Both the position numbers and the translations under genes were made by a program. A model generated the notes under the pieces. The model made no database searches and had not been told where the DNA came from. It saw only the letters and a list, made by a program, of their open reading frames with translations. From contig CAVTCR010000006.1 of NCBI GenBank assembly GCA_963733195.1, forward strand, positions 1 through 64,000: 64,000 nucleotides of DNA, read 5' to 3'. This DNA comes from an uncultured delta proteobacterium. Its GTDB lineage: Bacteria > Desulfobacterota > Binatia > Bin18. Below, piece by piece: positions 48,594-59,430 of the stretch (its first letter is position 1; each line of letters starts with the position of its first letter).

Positions 48594-50165
48594 ATGAAAA
48601 TACCAGCTCAGTCCTCATCGCTCATTCCTCATTACTTACGACAAGGGTGGCGTTTGTGGTTCTTAGGTTTCTTGTTAACCGTTCCGGTGTTGGCATTCGG
48701 CGTTGCTGGGACACTGTGGTTGTACGACCGAGGCTGGCTTAGGTGGGTAGGATTAGGGGCGCTATGTATCCAAGCGTTGGTACTCGTACTATTCCGACGC
48801 TGGAGTAAGGCACATGGGATAATTCTCCCGCAGCCATCAACGGAACTACCCGCCGACCTTGCGCCTCGGGACGAAACCGCGTGGAAAATCGTTCAGGAGT
48901 ATATTGAACGAATCAACTGCGGAGAACTGACCCTCACTTCAATGGACCAGTTCTGGTCGTTGGGACAGGAGATCCTTACGCGCATTGCCGAGTTCTACCA
49001 TCCGAACGACAAGGCCCCGTTGTTGGCCGTGCAAGTACCGTTATTGTTTCGTGCGATTGAAGAAACTGCCCGTGACCTTGCGACGGTAACAGCGGACGTC
49101 CCCTTTGCACATCGTGTTACGATTGGCGATGCCGTGCGGGGGTATCGGCTACAACAGAAAGTGAAGCCTGCTTACGATGTCTACCGTATATTGTATCCAG
49201 TACTGAACTGGAAGAATGCTTTGTTTCAGTGGTTTGTGAATGACCGCCTGTTTGATCTCACTAAAATGACACTGAGTCAGTGGATACTCAAGTGGTATGT
49301 TGATCGGGTTGGCTATCACGCCATCGAACTCTACAGCGGCAAGTTACTCGTCACTCGCCGTTTTGAGGGCCAGCTTCCGCTATCAGCAGAAAATGCCACT
49401 GTACTGAACGCAAAACAGAACCCATCCGAGCCACTACGGCTTTTGGTTCTTGGACAAGTGAAAGCTGGGAAATCCAGCCTGGTGAATGCGCTGTTTGGCG
49501 AGCTGCGCGCTGCGACCGATGTGGTCCCAACGACGGCCCAGGTCGCACCTTATGTCCTGGATCGTGCTGACCTCGGAGGGAAGGTCATCATCTCAGACAT
49601 GGGTGGATATGAGGACGCTACAGTACCGAAGGAGCGACTTGAAGAAGCGTTAGCAGAAGCGCAACGCTCAGATATCGTTCTCTTAGTTATTTCAGCAGTC
49701 AACGCTGCACGGGACGCGGATCAGCGTTTGCTTAGGCAGATAGATCAACACTTCGCTGCTCGACCAGAACTACGTCCGCCACTTGTGATTGTTGTGTTGT
49801 CACATATCGATCTGCTCCGCCCGGTGCGAGAGTGGGATCCACCGTACAATGTTGTGCTTCCAGACGCGGCCAAGGCACATACAATTAGAGCGGCGATGAA
49901 CGCTGTTGCCGGAGACCTTGCTATTGATTCTGAACTCGTGGTGCCGGTCTGTTTGCTACCCGAACGGGTCTACAACGTTGACGAAGCGCTTGTGCCGTTA
50001 TTGGTCGAAGTGCTTCCCGACGCGAAGCGAACGTTGCTTCTCCGTAACCTCAAGACACTTCGTGAACAAGAACAATGGTCGCTGCTTGGCCGTCAGGCCC
50101 GCGCAACTGGGCGGTTCTTGTGGCAACTGAGCGGTACGGTGTTGAAGAAATCAGTGCGGGTGTAA
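48594..50165 (+). CDS. Membrane-anchored P-loop GTPase
   Basis: Two N-terminal TM helices; GQVKAGKSS, PTT, DMGG, SHID. Confidence 0.8.
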   Translation: MKIPAQSSSLIPHYLRQGWRLWFLGFLLTVPVLAFGVAGTLWLYDRGWLRWVGLGALCIQALVLVLFRRWSKAHGIILPQPSTELPADLAPRDETAWKIVQEYIERINCGELTLTSMDQFWSLGQEILTRIAEFYHPNDKAPLLAVQVPLLFRAIEETARDLATVTADVPFAHRVTIGDAVRGYRLQQKVKPAYDVYRILYPVLNWKNALFQWFVNDRLFDLTKMTLSQWILKWYVDRVGYHAIELYSGKLLVTRRFEGQLPLSAENATVLNAKQNPSEPLRLLVLGQVKAGKSSLVNALFGELRAATDVVPTTAQVAPYVLDRADLGGKVIISDMGGYEDATVPKERLEEALAEAQRSDIVLLVISAVNAARDADQRLLRQIDQHFAARPELRPPLVIVVLSHIDLLRPVREWDPPYNVVLPDAAKAHTIRAAMNAVAGDLAIDSELVVPVCLLPERVYNVDEALVPLLVEVLPDAKRTLLLRNLKTLREQEQWSLLGRQARATGRFLWQLSGTVLKKSVRV

Positions 50166-50217
50166 CCTGTAGAGTAGGCACTGCCCACCCTAGTGACACG
50201 TAGAAAAGAAAACGTCT

Positions 50218-50544
50218 CTAATTGTGACGAGTGCGATAAATGCTGCGGCTGGTGTGATTCAAACGATGGTAGAGGCGGGCGCGTTCGTATGATCCAATGT
50301 GACCATCGTTGTGACGGAAATTGGAACGCATCCGCGCAGAGCGGTACTGTTGACGTTCTAGATAGCGATACTCACGTGGACCAATTTGTCCTTGTCCGAC
50401 ACCTTGATAAATTCGTCCCTGTTGGTGATGCATGTGCCAGCCCGCAGGATACTTCGGACCAGCGAAGCTGAACGTGGGAATGGTAAGCAAGGTCAAGGCG
50501 GTCAGGGCACTTGCCAGAATAACTAAAGTCAAACGACGCGACAT
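50218..50544 (-). CDS. Small secreted Arg/His-rich protein
   Basis: RBS GAGGGAGG; signal peptide; QQGRIYQGV..G...E...L repeat-like pattern. Confidence 0.75.
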   Translation of the reverse strand: MSRRLTLVILASALTALTLLTIPTFSFAGPKYPAGWHMHHQQGRIYQGVGQGQIGPREYRYLERQQYRSARMRSNFRHNDGHIGSYERARLYHRLNHTSRSIYRTRHN

Positions 50545-50671
50545 AGGTTTTCCTCCCTCGTTTAGCTGCCTCTCTGGCGGCTTCTAGAGAAGAGAACGAT
50601 TGAATTGCAGAAAAGTTCCCCAGAAAAAGGGAGGCCTTTTGTCGCCTTTTCAATTTTGGAGAGGAGGACTC

Positions 50672-50821
50672 CTAGTGGTTGGAGGGCAATCCCGAATCTT
50701 CTGGGTATTCGCGCTTGCGTTGAGAGACAGGCACTCGAACCAGGCCGACTCGGGGAAATGTTGCTAAGACGAAAGCGACCACGAGACCAATGACAGTGAT
50801 GAGCAATAGATACGAGAGCAT
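50672..50821 (-). CDS. Small single-TM hypothetical protein
   Basis: RBS CAGGAG before MLSYLLLITVIGLVVAFVLA. Confidence 0.5.
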   Translation of the reverse strand: MLSYLLLITVIGLVVAFVLATFPRVGLVRVPVSQRKREYPEDSGLPSNH

Positions 50822-50858
50822 GGTGTTCTCCTGTGCTGTGTTCTTCTCTGTCCTAGGG

Positions 50859-51191
50859 TTAGAGCAAATCGTTATCATGCGGACCAGTGCCATAAGGAAA
50901 CCGAATGTTGATATCAACGCCAAAGTCACAGACAGGCGTGTTGCACTTTCCACAGGCAATGGCCGCGACGACGTCATTCGCGCAGACCTCATCTTGTGTA
51001 ATCGATATTCCTTCACCATCAACGGCAAGCTTCCGGAGTTGCCACTGATATTGAACAAACTGTTTGATGTTACCACATCTTGGGCACTGGTACTGCATCT
51101 CATCCTCCTCAACGACATTTTGGCCGAGAAAAGAGGGTTGGTGTATAAGGTCCCCACCCAGTTGAACGTCACCTGTCTTTGTTATCGTCAA
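50859..51191 (-). CDS. Zinc-ribbon hypothetical protein
   Basis: CPRCG and CGKC pairs; start uncertain. Confidence 0.6.
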   Translation of the reverse strand: MTITKTGDVQLGGDLIHQPSFLGQNVVEEDEMQYQCPRCGNIKQFVQYQWQLRKLAVDGEGISITQDEVCANDVVAAIACGKCNTPVCDFGVDINIRFPYGTGPHDNDLL

Positions 51192-51346
51192 GTGGAAGTA
51201 TTTCTTTAATGATTGCTGTGCGAACGACGGATTCCCCTCGCTTTCTCAGCGAAGGGAATCCATAAGGCTAGAGACCGGGTGAATGGAGAGAAATGGAGCG
51301 CTCGGGTGCAGGGAGGACTGTCGAGGTTTCGATAGTTCCCGAGGAG

Positions 51347-52498
51347 TTAAATTTTGTACAAATTTTTCACATTCTCGCCGGCAATTTGCTTTTGCACAGG
51401 TAACGGGAGTGGAGCGAGCATTTCTTTGAGTTCTCGTACGTAGTGGCCACCGTGATCAGGATGAGGATAGTCTGTCGCCCACATCAGACGGTCTGTCCCA
51501 ATGTAATCAACTAACAACGAAAGCGCTCGCTCGTCAGGGTCCGCTGAAATCCAACACTGTCGTCGTAAATATGAACTCGGAAGTTCTTTGAGTTTGCATG
51601 AGGCGCCAACCGGTACTTTGTAAAACGCATCCATGCGGTCGATCCAGAACCCGACCCAGCCAGCGCCGCTTTCCAAAACCACCAACTTCAACTGCGGGAA
51701 ACGATCGAATACACCGTATTGGAAAAAGGTGGTAAATGCCATTTGCGAGCCGAAACCCGCAAAGACGTTGTAATACCACCCGGTTTTATGCCCCATGTCT
51801 TTGAAACGCAGGTGCGGATTGGTGGCGACCGGCTCAAGGGTAGGGTGAATCGCAATCGGTACATCTAACTCCTGAGCCTTGGCCCACAACGGGTCGTGGT
51901 CAGGATGTCCATGCGGCTTCTTCGTAATCGTAAACGGAGCAACGAACCCGCCCACCGCGCCTACTTTGACAGTACGTTCGAGCTCTCGTACTGCCTCGTC
52001 TATGTCGCCAAGAGAGAGATGGGCGACCGGCAACAAACGACCGCCAGTGCCTTTGCAGAAATCGAGAATCCAACGATTATAAGCACGGCAATAGGCCGAA
52101 GAAATTTCTATGTCTTCAACTTCAGCTTCCCACAAAATGCCGAGCGTTGGATAAAGGATGGCTTTATCCGTCCCCTCCTGGTCGAGCAATTGGAGGCGTT
52201 CCGAGGCTTCCATTGCGCCAAAAGGTGCACCGCGTACATAGGTCCTCTCTGGTGACGGGATTGTTTCTTTTGCCGTCTTCCCCATACCACCTAGAAAACC
52301 CAGGGTGCCGTGGGCACTGAGTTTTGATTTGTGTCCGTCGAGTTCAAGGTATTCAAGTCCGCGTTCGTCGACTTTGATGCGGATCGCACGGTCACGATAC
52401 TTTGCTTCGAGGTAACGTTCCCAGAGATCCGGGGGTTCGAGAATATGGCCATCGGCATCAATCACGCCGGGGAACGGCATGCGGTCCGTTGTTGTCAT
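51347..52498 (-). CDS. Amidohydrolase family 2 protein
   Basis: IDADGHILEP, AIHP, LESGAGW, WATDYPHPD. Confidence 0.92.
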   Translation of the reverse strand: MTTTDRMPFPGVIDADGHILEPPDLWERYLEAKYRDRAIRIKVDERGLEYLELDGHKSKLSAHGTLGFLGGMGKTAKETIPSPERTYVRGAPFGAMEASERLQLLDQEGTDKAILYPTLGILWEAEVEDIEISSAYCRAYNRWILDFCKGTGGRLLPVAHLSLGDIDEAVRELERTVKVGAVGGFVAPFTITKKPHGHPDHDPLWAKAQELDVPIAIHPTLEPVATNPHLRFKDMGHKTGWYYNVFAGFGSQMAFTTFFQYGVFDRFPQLKLVVLESGAGWVGFWIDRMDAFYKVPVGASCKLKELPSSYLRRQCWISADPDERALSLLVDYIGTDRLMWATDYPHPDHGGHYVRELKEMLAPLPLPVQKQIAGENVKNLYKI

Positions 52499-52634
52499 GA
52501 AAAAGCCTCCTTGTGACTCTAAGCCTGAGTGATGAGTGCTGAGGACTGAGTCCAAACCATTTCGAGTTCTGGGTTTCGAGAAAAAGTCCTCTCTTTTCTC
52601 TCGTTCCTCATTGCTCAGTATTCGGCATTCAATA

Positions 52635-53244
52635 TCACGGTGTTGGTGCAGCGACCACTGGTGCAAGGTCGGTGACGAGTCGTCCAAGAATGGTCTCCAG
52701 GCTGCGACTCATAGCTTCTGCGATTGCCTCGGGATTGCGTTTCGCGGCTTGCTGGGTAGCGGAATAAGATTGAAACCACACTGGGGTACGTTCTCCAGAG
52801 CGAACGAGCCAGAAGTCAATGCTGATGGCAGCTTCCCACGTTTTCTCACCGTCGATTTCCTCGAATTGTTGGACTGTGCCATCAAGGACGAAATCAGCTA
52901 TGGCATCAAAATTTGGAAATACCTGCGCAAACAGCCCACTCCCGCGCAGGTATCGACGAGTCCATGTAGTGACCTGTTCTCCTGGCGGTGAGGCCCAGCG
53001 ATGATAGTTATAGAGATCAAAGGCGTATGAAGATGAACGATACACGATGCGTTCTTGATCATAGGGGTCGCGCGCACCGATCGGACGGACAACAAGTGAT
53101 ACTTGTCTGCGTGCTCGGTGTTTCGGGAACAGTGAGTGTTAACGTATAGTGGTGCACTTCTGGACGTGGCTTAGTGAAACTACACGCATCGAGATTGATA
53201 CTCCATACCACAACTCCCCACGTCAACCACATCCGCATGTTCAT
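52635..53244 (-). CDS. PqiC-like ABC auxiliary lipoprotein (frameshifted as assembled)
   Basis: Lipobox-like DACS...HHYTL; second frame YNYHRWASPP; last gene of the MCE operon. Confidence 0.75.
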
Positions 53245-54219
53245 TTGTCAGGAATCTCTTTCTCCGGCAGGTTCTTGCCCCACACGATTTCTGAGGGATC
53301 GTCCTTCAGGGTACTAACAGTTTCTTTCAAGTGACGAGAGGCCTCGCTTAAGTTCAGCAGAAGCTGGCGAAACTCTTTGTGGTTATCGGCCACGACATCA
53401 TCGAACCGTACTGCGAGTTGATCGGCATGTTTAGCCAGATCAGTAGCATGCTTTACAATCTCCCGAGTTTCCCCGGCAAGCTCGGCTGTCACTGCTGCGG
53501 TTTGTCGAATCTGGGTGAGCATCGCACGCCCTTCATTGAAAAGGTCACCGCGAATATCGTTAATTGCATCGGTGGCACTTTTAATGCCCGCAGCTGCCTG
53601 CGCCAGATTATCGACCATAGCTTTCAGTGACGCGCGGGTGGCTGGAGTGGACACGTCGTCCAGTGACGTGCTGAGTGTTTCCGAGATGTGAGAGGCGTTG
53701 CGCAAGAAGGTAGAAAAGGCCGCGCGATTCTCTTCATTTAGAAGATCTTGCTCGATCCTAGTGAGGGTCGAGAGGATACGTGTGGCAATTTCACTCGCTT
53801 GGTCGCGAAACTGTTCAAATTCTCCAGTACTCACAGGAATGGTTCCGCCGAATTCGAGGGGCGGTGCAGTAGCAGAACCGCCGGTGAGTTCGACAAAGCG
53901 AATGCCGGTGACAAGGGAACCGACCAAGTGTGCACTCGTGTCTTTGCGAATAGGGGTGCCTGGCTCTAAGGCGACCGTAACAGCAGGCACGTGGAGGTGT
54001 CTCGTTGGTCAACCGAACTCCTTCGACTTTGCCAACTGTTACTCCGAGATACTCTACCGCTGCTCCTGGGAGGAGGCCACTGACGGACTGCTCGAAGACA
54101 ATCTTATAATTATCCACCGGCTGAAAAAATCGTGACCCTGCGAGCCAGAGGATAGCGGCAGCTAAAATGAAGAAACTGATAGTAACAAATATTCCTACCT
54201 TAAGACGGGTTTTGCCCAT
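53241..54219 (-). CDS. MlaD/MCE family protein (one frameshift)
   Basis: TM anchor, SVSGLLPGAAVEYLGVTVGKV, VTGIRFVELTGG, helical tail. Confidence 0.85.
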
Positions 54220-55026
54220 GCTCTCCTCCATCAACGAGCAGTGTGTCCAGCAATCCTCGCTCCATCGTCAGCGAGCGCGGTTGACGATCAAAAAATGCAC
54301 GTACATGAGGATTGTCCGACGAGCGTACCTGAGCAAGTGCGCCGGCAGCAATCACTTTGCCGCCATGGAGCATGATTGCCTGATCTGCGATCATCTGAAT
54401 ACTGCTGAGTTCATGCGTCACGATCATTATCGTGACCCCGAGTTGTGCTTTCAGCCGGAGGACGAGTTCGTCAATTTCACGTGCTGTGACGGGGTCGAGT
54501 CCAGCTGACAGTTCATCGAACAAGAGCAGCGTCGGATCAAGCGCAAGCGCACGCGCGATAGCTGCACGCTTCTTCATGCCACCGCTAATCTCGGAGGGGA
54601 GGAGGTGAGCTGCATGTTCCAGCCCACTAAGGAGAGCTTCATCCGTGCGAGCATACGTGCGTTGCTTGGTCAGCCCCAGCATGTTCCATGATTGGCAATG
54701 CGATATTGTCCTCTAAGGACATCGAATTAAACAGGGCTCCGGCTTGAAAAGACATGCCGATGTTCCGCAGGATCGCTTCTTGCTCGTCTTCTGACGCGCG
54801 ATGAAAGTCTTGTCCATTGATGAGTATGCGACCTGAAGCTGGAGTGAGGAGCCCGACAATATGACGAAGGAGCGTGCTTTTTCCAGCAGCCACTGCCGCC
54901 GAGAATGACGGTGATCTCTCCGCGATGCGCAGTCATGGAAACGTCGTCGAGAATGGTGCGGGTGCCATAGCGAGCAACTAAGTGTTCTACTTGGACGTAC
55001 GGGGAAGGCTCAGGCACTGTCACCAT
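54200..55026 (-). CDS. MlaF-type ABC transporter ATP-binding protein (frameshifted)
   Basis: GGSG/GKST, FQAGALFNS, ISGGMKKR, DELSAGLDP, VTH. Confidence 0.85.
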
Positions 55027-55030
55027 GTGT

Positions 55031-56122
55031 TTATTCTACGTAGAAAAAGATCGTGGTAAAGACAGCGTCAGCAAGAATGCAGAGCACGATTGACGTTACT
55101 ACTGATGCGGTTGTGTTTGTGCCCACTCCTTCAGCACCGCCGCGCACATAGAATCCCCGGTAGCAAGACACGAGACCAATGAGCAACGCAAAGACCAGGC
55201 TTTTTACCATACCGGTAACGAGATCGCTGATAAGCAGAGACTGTGCAGTTTGCTGGACATAATTACGGCTGCCAAGGCCAAGCACGATGACTCCCACCCA
55301 ATACCCGCCAAAAATTCCGGCAAGATTCGATAGGATGGTGAGGCAGGGAACCGCACACAGCAAGGCGAGTATCCGCGGTATGAGGAGAAAGCGACTCGGG
55401 CTGAGCGCCATGGTGCGCATGGCGTCGATCTCTTCTGAAACGACCATGGTGCCTAACTCGGCGGTAATTGCCGAACCGCTACGACCAGCGACGATGATGG
55501 CGGTAATCAATGGTGCCATCTCTCGTGACATCGAGACCCCAACAAGGTTGGCAATATAGATGGCTGCGCCGAACTGACGTAGTTGGCTTGCGGCGTTGAG
55601 GGCCAGGACCGCTCCGATCAGAAACGATAGGAAGGTGACGATTGGCACTCCTTCTACGCCGATTTTTACGATCTGCTCAACGGTCCGATCCCATTTGACC
55701 CCCTTGCCGTGCCACGGCGCAATAAAAATTCCATGGACGATCTCACCGATGATCTCCATGATTTGTCTCCCTGTCGCTACAAATTCAAGCGTTTGTTCGC
55801 CGACCTCCTCAACCGGGGAAAGATCTTCTGTGGTTGATACGGTCTCTTTGAGGAGTCCTGCTTCAAGTCCAGTAAACGCTTGACGTGCTTGCTGGGAGAG
55901 CTGAGCAAAGCGAATGTCAACACCTTGCTCGCGGCCTTCAATGACGAGGCGGAGAAGAGTGGCGGCCTCAAGGCTCGTCATTGTGGTGTACTCTTTCAAA
56001 TTCAACACCACGTGTGAGCCTGAAGTGGCTCGGTGTAGTATTTGCTCACGCAAGGAGGGAAGGGAAAGCCCCTCAGCAGAACGTGTAGCAGTAAGAACAA
56101 GAGGTTCCACGAAACGACGCAA
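55031..56122 (-). CDS. MlaE-type ABC permease with N-terminal STAS-like domain
   Basis: REMAPLITAIIVAGRSGSAITAELGTM...EEIDAM, GVGTNTTASVV. Confidence 0.92.
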   Translation of the reverse strand: MRRFVEPLVLTATRSAEGLSLPSLREQILHRATSGSHVVLNLKEYTTMTSLEAATLLRLVIEGREQGVDIRFAQLSQQARQAFTGLEAGLLKETVSTTEDLSPVEEVGEQTLEFVATGRQIMEIIGEIVHGIFIAPWHGKGVKWDRTVEQIVKIGVEGVPIVTFLSFLIGAVLALNAASQLRQFGAAIYIANLVGVSMSREMAPLITAIIVAGRSGSAITAELGTMVVSEEIDAMRTMALSPSRFLLIPRILALLCAVPCLTILSNLAGIFGGYWVGVIVLGLGSRNYVQQTAQSLLISDLVTGMVKSLVFALLIGLVSCYRGFYVRGGAEGVGTNTTASVVTSIVLCILADAVFTTIFFYVE

Positions 56123-56362
56123 CTTTCTTTTTCAATGCGATTCGGTTTTGGCCGTTCCCTATTGTTCTTAGAGGCTGAAGCAGGGCCTGTAAAGATCAAG
56201 GTCCAAAGGCGAAGTTTTTAGAGAAAGGCCTAAAGCTTTTTCCTTACCTTCCGATCTCACTGGTAGAGAGAATCGTTGGGGGAAAGAAAAAAGCCAGGCC
56301 GAAACTTTTACGGAACGGCGACATTTAATCAGAGTGAGACATCTGCGTAAGGAGGATGTGTC

Positions 56363-56584
56363 ATGATTAATCGTACACAAGCGGGCTTTCGTTGTCATAC
56401 ACGCCATTTGGTTCGTACTGTGAAGGGGGATTTGCCTCGGGAGAGCCACGGGACCATTCTCTATGAGATGGAAAATCTTGGGCGACAGCTTATTCTTGTG
56501 AACTGGGATAACGGAATTGCAGTTCCTGTGTTCCCTGACGAGATCGAGATTGAACCCCCAGTATCCACTGGCCCTATGCCATAG
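56363..56584 (+). CDS. Small hypothetical protein
   Basis: RBS AAGGAGG; 73-aa beta-rich ORF. Confidence 0.7.
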   Translation: MINRTQAGFRCHTRHLVRTVKGDLPRESHGTILYEMENLGRQLILVNWDNGIAVPVFPDEIEIEPPVSTGPMP

Positions 56585-56804
56585 CTACAATCTGTAGCCT
56601 CCCGTCTCCGGATACTGCGTGGGCGCAAACGTTCTACGAATGCGTGGTGGTGTGAAACTTTTCTCTCTTGCCTTTTCTTGTGACTCTCCTTGCCTGAGAT
56701 GTCGCACGAATTTCCTCGGTAGCCATTGCCGTTTTAACTTTGGCGAGCCATCGTTATCTCCCCGGTGTTTGTTATGATAACCAACTTGCAGGGAGGACTG
56801 TACA

Positions 56805-57920
56805 GTGCGATGGAAACTCCAAGTGCTCACGAGGCAGATTCTTGCGATTTTGCTCATTTTTCTGGCTATTTTAAGTTGCGGTAGAGCAAAAGAAGAACCT
56901 GCCACAAAAGAAGCGCAAGATCTCGAATCTTCGACTTCCTCTGGAGCTGTAACTGGAGAAGACGAGAACCAGGGGTCATTGCCGTTGCTGGATGAAGTGC
57001 ATCAGCTGGCAGAATGGGGCGAGCCAGTAGAAGGCGAGAACCAGGCGTCATCGTCGTCTCCAACACTGCCTGTCCAGCAATCTCCGGTCACGACTGAGTT
57101 GCTGACTTCATCTGCTCGGAGTACCGTCATTATCGGGGGAGACCTTGGGCTGACAGTCAGCGGCGAAGGTATAGGAGATCCGAACCGTTCTTCTGCAGAA
57201 TTGGAACAACAACTCCGTACGTTTCTGCCGCAACTCCGTGAGGTCTATGACCAAGAGCTCACGCGCGACCCTCATGGTATGGGGAGTCTAGATGTAAAGA
57301 TGACTATCGAGCCGAGCGGAAGAGTTTCAGAGCTACGTTTTCCGTTGAAGCGTGTGTCGAGTGAGAGGCTGACCTCTGCGGTATATGATGCTATGCGTGC
57401 GTGGCAGTTCTCATCCGCCGAACATCCGGTTGATCTTCGTTATCGGATGATTCTTGTTCCGGCTGGAATGGACCCAGCATCCATCGGTAGATGGGAGAAA
57501 CACTTGGCTGACCGGATAGAGGTTGATCGATCAGAAAGAGCGTCACCAACAGTTGCACCACGCCGTACCTTAGAGCACCTGCTGAAAGAGCATGGGTTTG
57601 ATCGATCAGAAAAAGTATCACCAACAGTTGCACCTGCCGAAGTCACTTCCAGCGATAGAGTACCGCCTCGCCAGCAAGAAGCCGAGAGTCCTCGCCAATT
57701 TCTCGCGCAATGGTACCATGTGACTCGACCGACGGTGCTCTACGCAACTCCTAACTCATCTGCTGCGGTAGTCACGCGATTACGACCAGGAAAACATATC
57801 TGGGTCATCGGTATGGTTGATGGCGAATGGCTTGAGGTCCGTTCGGTAAAAGGGCGACGACCTGGATTCCTCCCGCGTGAGGATGCGCAGCCTGAGCGAC
57901 GAGAACGAGCACGACGCTAG
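56805..57920 (+). CDS. Lipoprotein with TonB-C/AgmX-like domain and C-terminal SH3-like domain
   Basis: Lipobox LSC; LREVYDQEL...GSLDVKMTIEPSGRV...WQF; C-terminal LYATPN...GEWLEV...GFL. Confidence 0.7.
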   Translation: MRWKLQVLTRQILAILLIFLAILSCGRAKEEPATKEAQDLESSTSSGAVTGEDENQGSLPLLDEVHQLAEWGEPVEGENQASSSSPTLPVQQSPVTTELLTSSARSTVIIGGDLGLTVSGEGIGDPNRSSAELEQQLRTFLPQLREVYDQELTRDPHGMGSLDVKMTIEPSGRVSELRFPLKRVSSERLTSAVYDAMRAWQFSSAEHPVDLRYRMILVPAGMDPASIGRWEKHLADRIEVDRSERASPTVAPRRTLEHLLKEHGFDRSEKVSPTVAPAEVTSSDRVPPRQQEAESPRQFLAQWYHVTRPTVLYATPNSSAAVVTRLRPGKHIWVIGMVDGEWLEVRSVKGRRPGFLPREDAQPERRERARR

Positions 57921-57957
57921 TGAGAGCAACACGTGCCTATTGGGGAGACTGCTAGGA

Positions 57958-59409
57958 TCATCGCGCCCGACGAAAACGCAGCTTATACGCCCGCCCAAGC
58001 AAAACCGCACCTGACCAGAGCCCAACAAGTGCTAAGGGAAGAGTAAGCACTCGTGGCCACAAGATCGCAAGTGCCGCAAGCGCGAAAAGGAGAACCCCTC
58101 CGCCTACCAGGACCGTTGCTTCGGCAGGGCCGAGTACTCGACGGTTCGTCATTGCAGCACCGAGGGCATTACTGAGTCGCAATGCTCCAGCCACGGCGCG
58201 TCCCGCACTGCCTTGTCCTCTGGGGACTGTTGGTACTTCTTGCCCGACGACTTTTGCGCGTTGGACTTTTCGCCTCGTGCTCAAAACAATCTCTGTTGTC
58301 TGCGTGAGGTCGTCGAGGAACATGGCTTCCATTTGCTGGGCAAAGAAATTGTCTTCAACCGCGACGTCGAGTTCCCAGTTCCCCAACCAACTTGCTGGAT
58401 TGAGGTTAGTTGAGCCGACCCTGGCCCAGTGACCATCCGCGACTGCTGTTTTGGCATGCAACATCGGTCCGTTCCACTCGAACACGCGCACTCCACCTTC
58501 GAGCAGTGCACGATAGCCTGCGCGAGATAAAGCCCTCACTAGGACATTATCACTGGCACCAGGCACGAGGAGGCGTACGTCTACGCCGTCGCGTGCTGCA
58601 GCGATCAGTGCCTGGACGTAAACCGTCGTTCCCACAAAGTAGGCGTCAGTGAGCCAGAGCGATCGGCGAGCACCTGCGGCGATCAGCGTATCCAGGCGAA
58701 ATAGCCCGGCTGTACTTGGTTCACTGGCGATAACGCGAAGCCCGACGTCGCCGACCGCAGCAAGGCTGGTACGATGGGGAACCTCAGATTTGGGGAGTGG
58801 AGTCCCTGTAATATCCCACATCCGAGCAAATGCATGTTCCAGGTCGGCGACGGCTGGTCCCTGGATTTCAACCCCTGTGTCTCGCCAAGGTGCAAGTCCG
58901 CGACTAGTATCTCCTTCCCATATCTTGCCAATGCACAACCCGGTCACGAAGCCGATGCGTCTATCGACTGTAAGCATCTTACGATGGTCTCGGCTGATCC
59001 AGCCAAACGGGCTACTCCACTGAAATGGATTGACACAGCGAACTTCAATGTGAGCCTCGCGCAGTTTGCGCCAAAAGCGCTGTGAGGTTTTTCCCAACGC
59101 ACCCATCCAGTCGTAGAGTACACGGACCCGTACTCCCTCACGTTGCTTGCCAATAAGGGCGTCGGCGAAGCGATGGCCAACGACATCATCACAAATGATG
59201 TAGTTCTCAAGGTGAATACTTTGCTTGGCGTTTCCAATTGCATCAAGCCATGCGGGATAATTCTCGGTTGCATCTTTTAACAATCGAAGGCTGTTCCCAG
59301 GAATAAGCGGGGCACCGGCAGCCCGTGAGAAGGCTTGATCCGCAAGCAACCGTGCTGTCGAAGAGAGGTCGTGCTCCAGCGTCGCCTCGGGTAGCCGATG
59401 GTCATTCAT
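57958..59409 (-). CDS. Cardiolipin synthase / phospholipase D family
   Basis: Two HKD motifs ([18 protein letters not shown]); WRDT; GSTNL. Confidence 0.92.
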   Translation of the reverse strand: MNDHRLPEATLEHDLSSTARLLADQAFSRAAGAPLIPGNSLRLLKDATENYPAWLDAIGNAKQSIHLENYIICDDVVGHRFADALIGKQREGVRVRVLYDWMGALGKTSQRFWRKLREAHIEVRCVNPFQWSSPFGWISRDHRKMLTVDRRIGFVTGLCIGKIWEGDTSRGLAPWRDTGVEIQGPAVADLEHAFARMWDITGTPLPKSEVPHRTSLAAVGDVGLRVIASEPSTAGLFRLDTLIAAGARRSLWLTDAYFVGTTVYVQALIAAARDGVDVRLLVPGASDNVLVRALSRAGYRALLEGGVRVFEWNGPMLHAKTAVADGHWARVGSTNLNPASWLGNWELDVAVEDNFFAQQMEAMFLDDLTQTTEIVLSTRRKVQRAKVVGQEVPTVPRGQGSAGRAVAGALRLSNALGAAMTNRRVLGPAEATVLVGGGVLLFALAALAILWPRVLTLPLALVGLWSGAVLLGRAYKLRFRRAR

Positions 59410-59430
59410 ACCGTGGGCAGTACAGAAGCG

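Noticed and set aside
33485-52630. CRISPR array among the short repeats
   Set aside because: Units are 7-8 nt and degenerate, with no constant repeat/spacer period and no cas genes.
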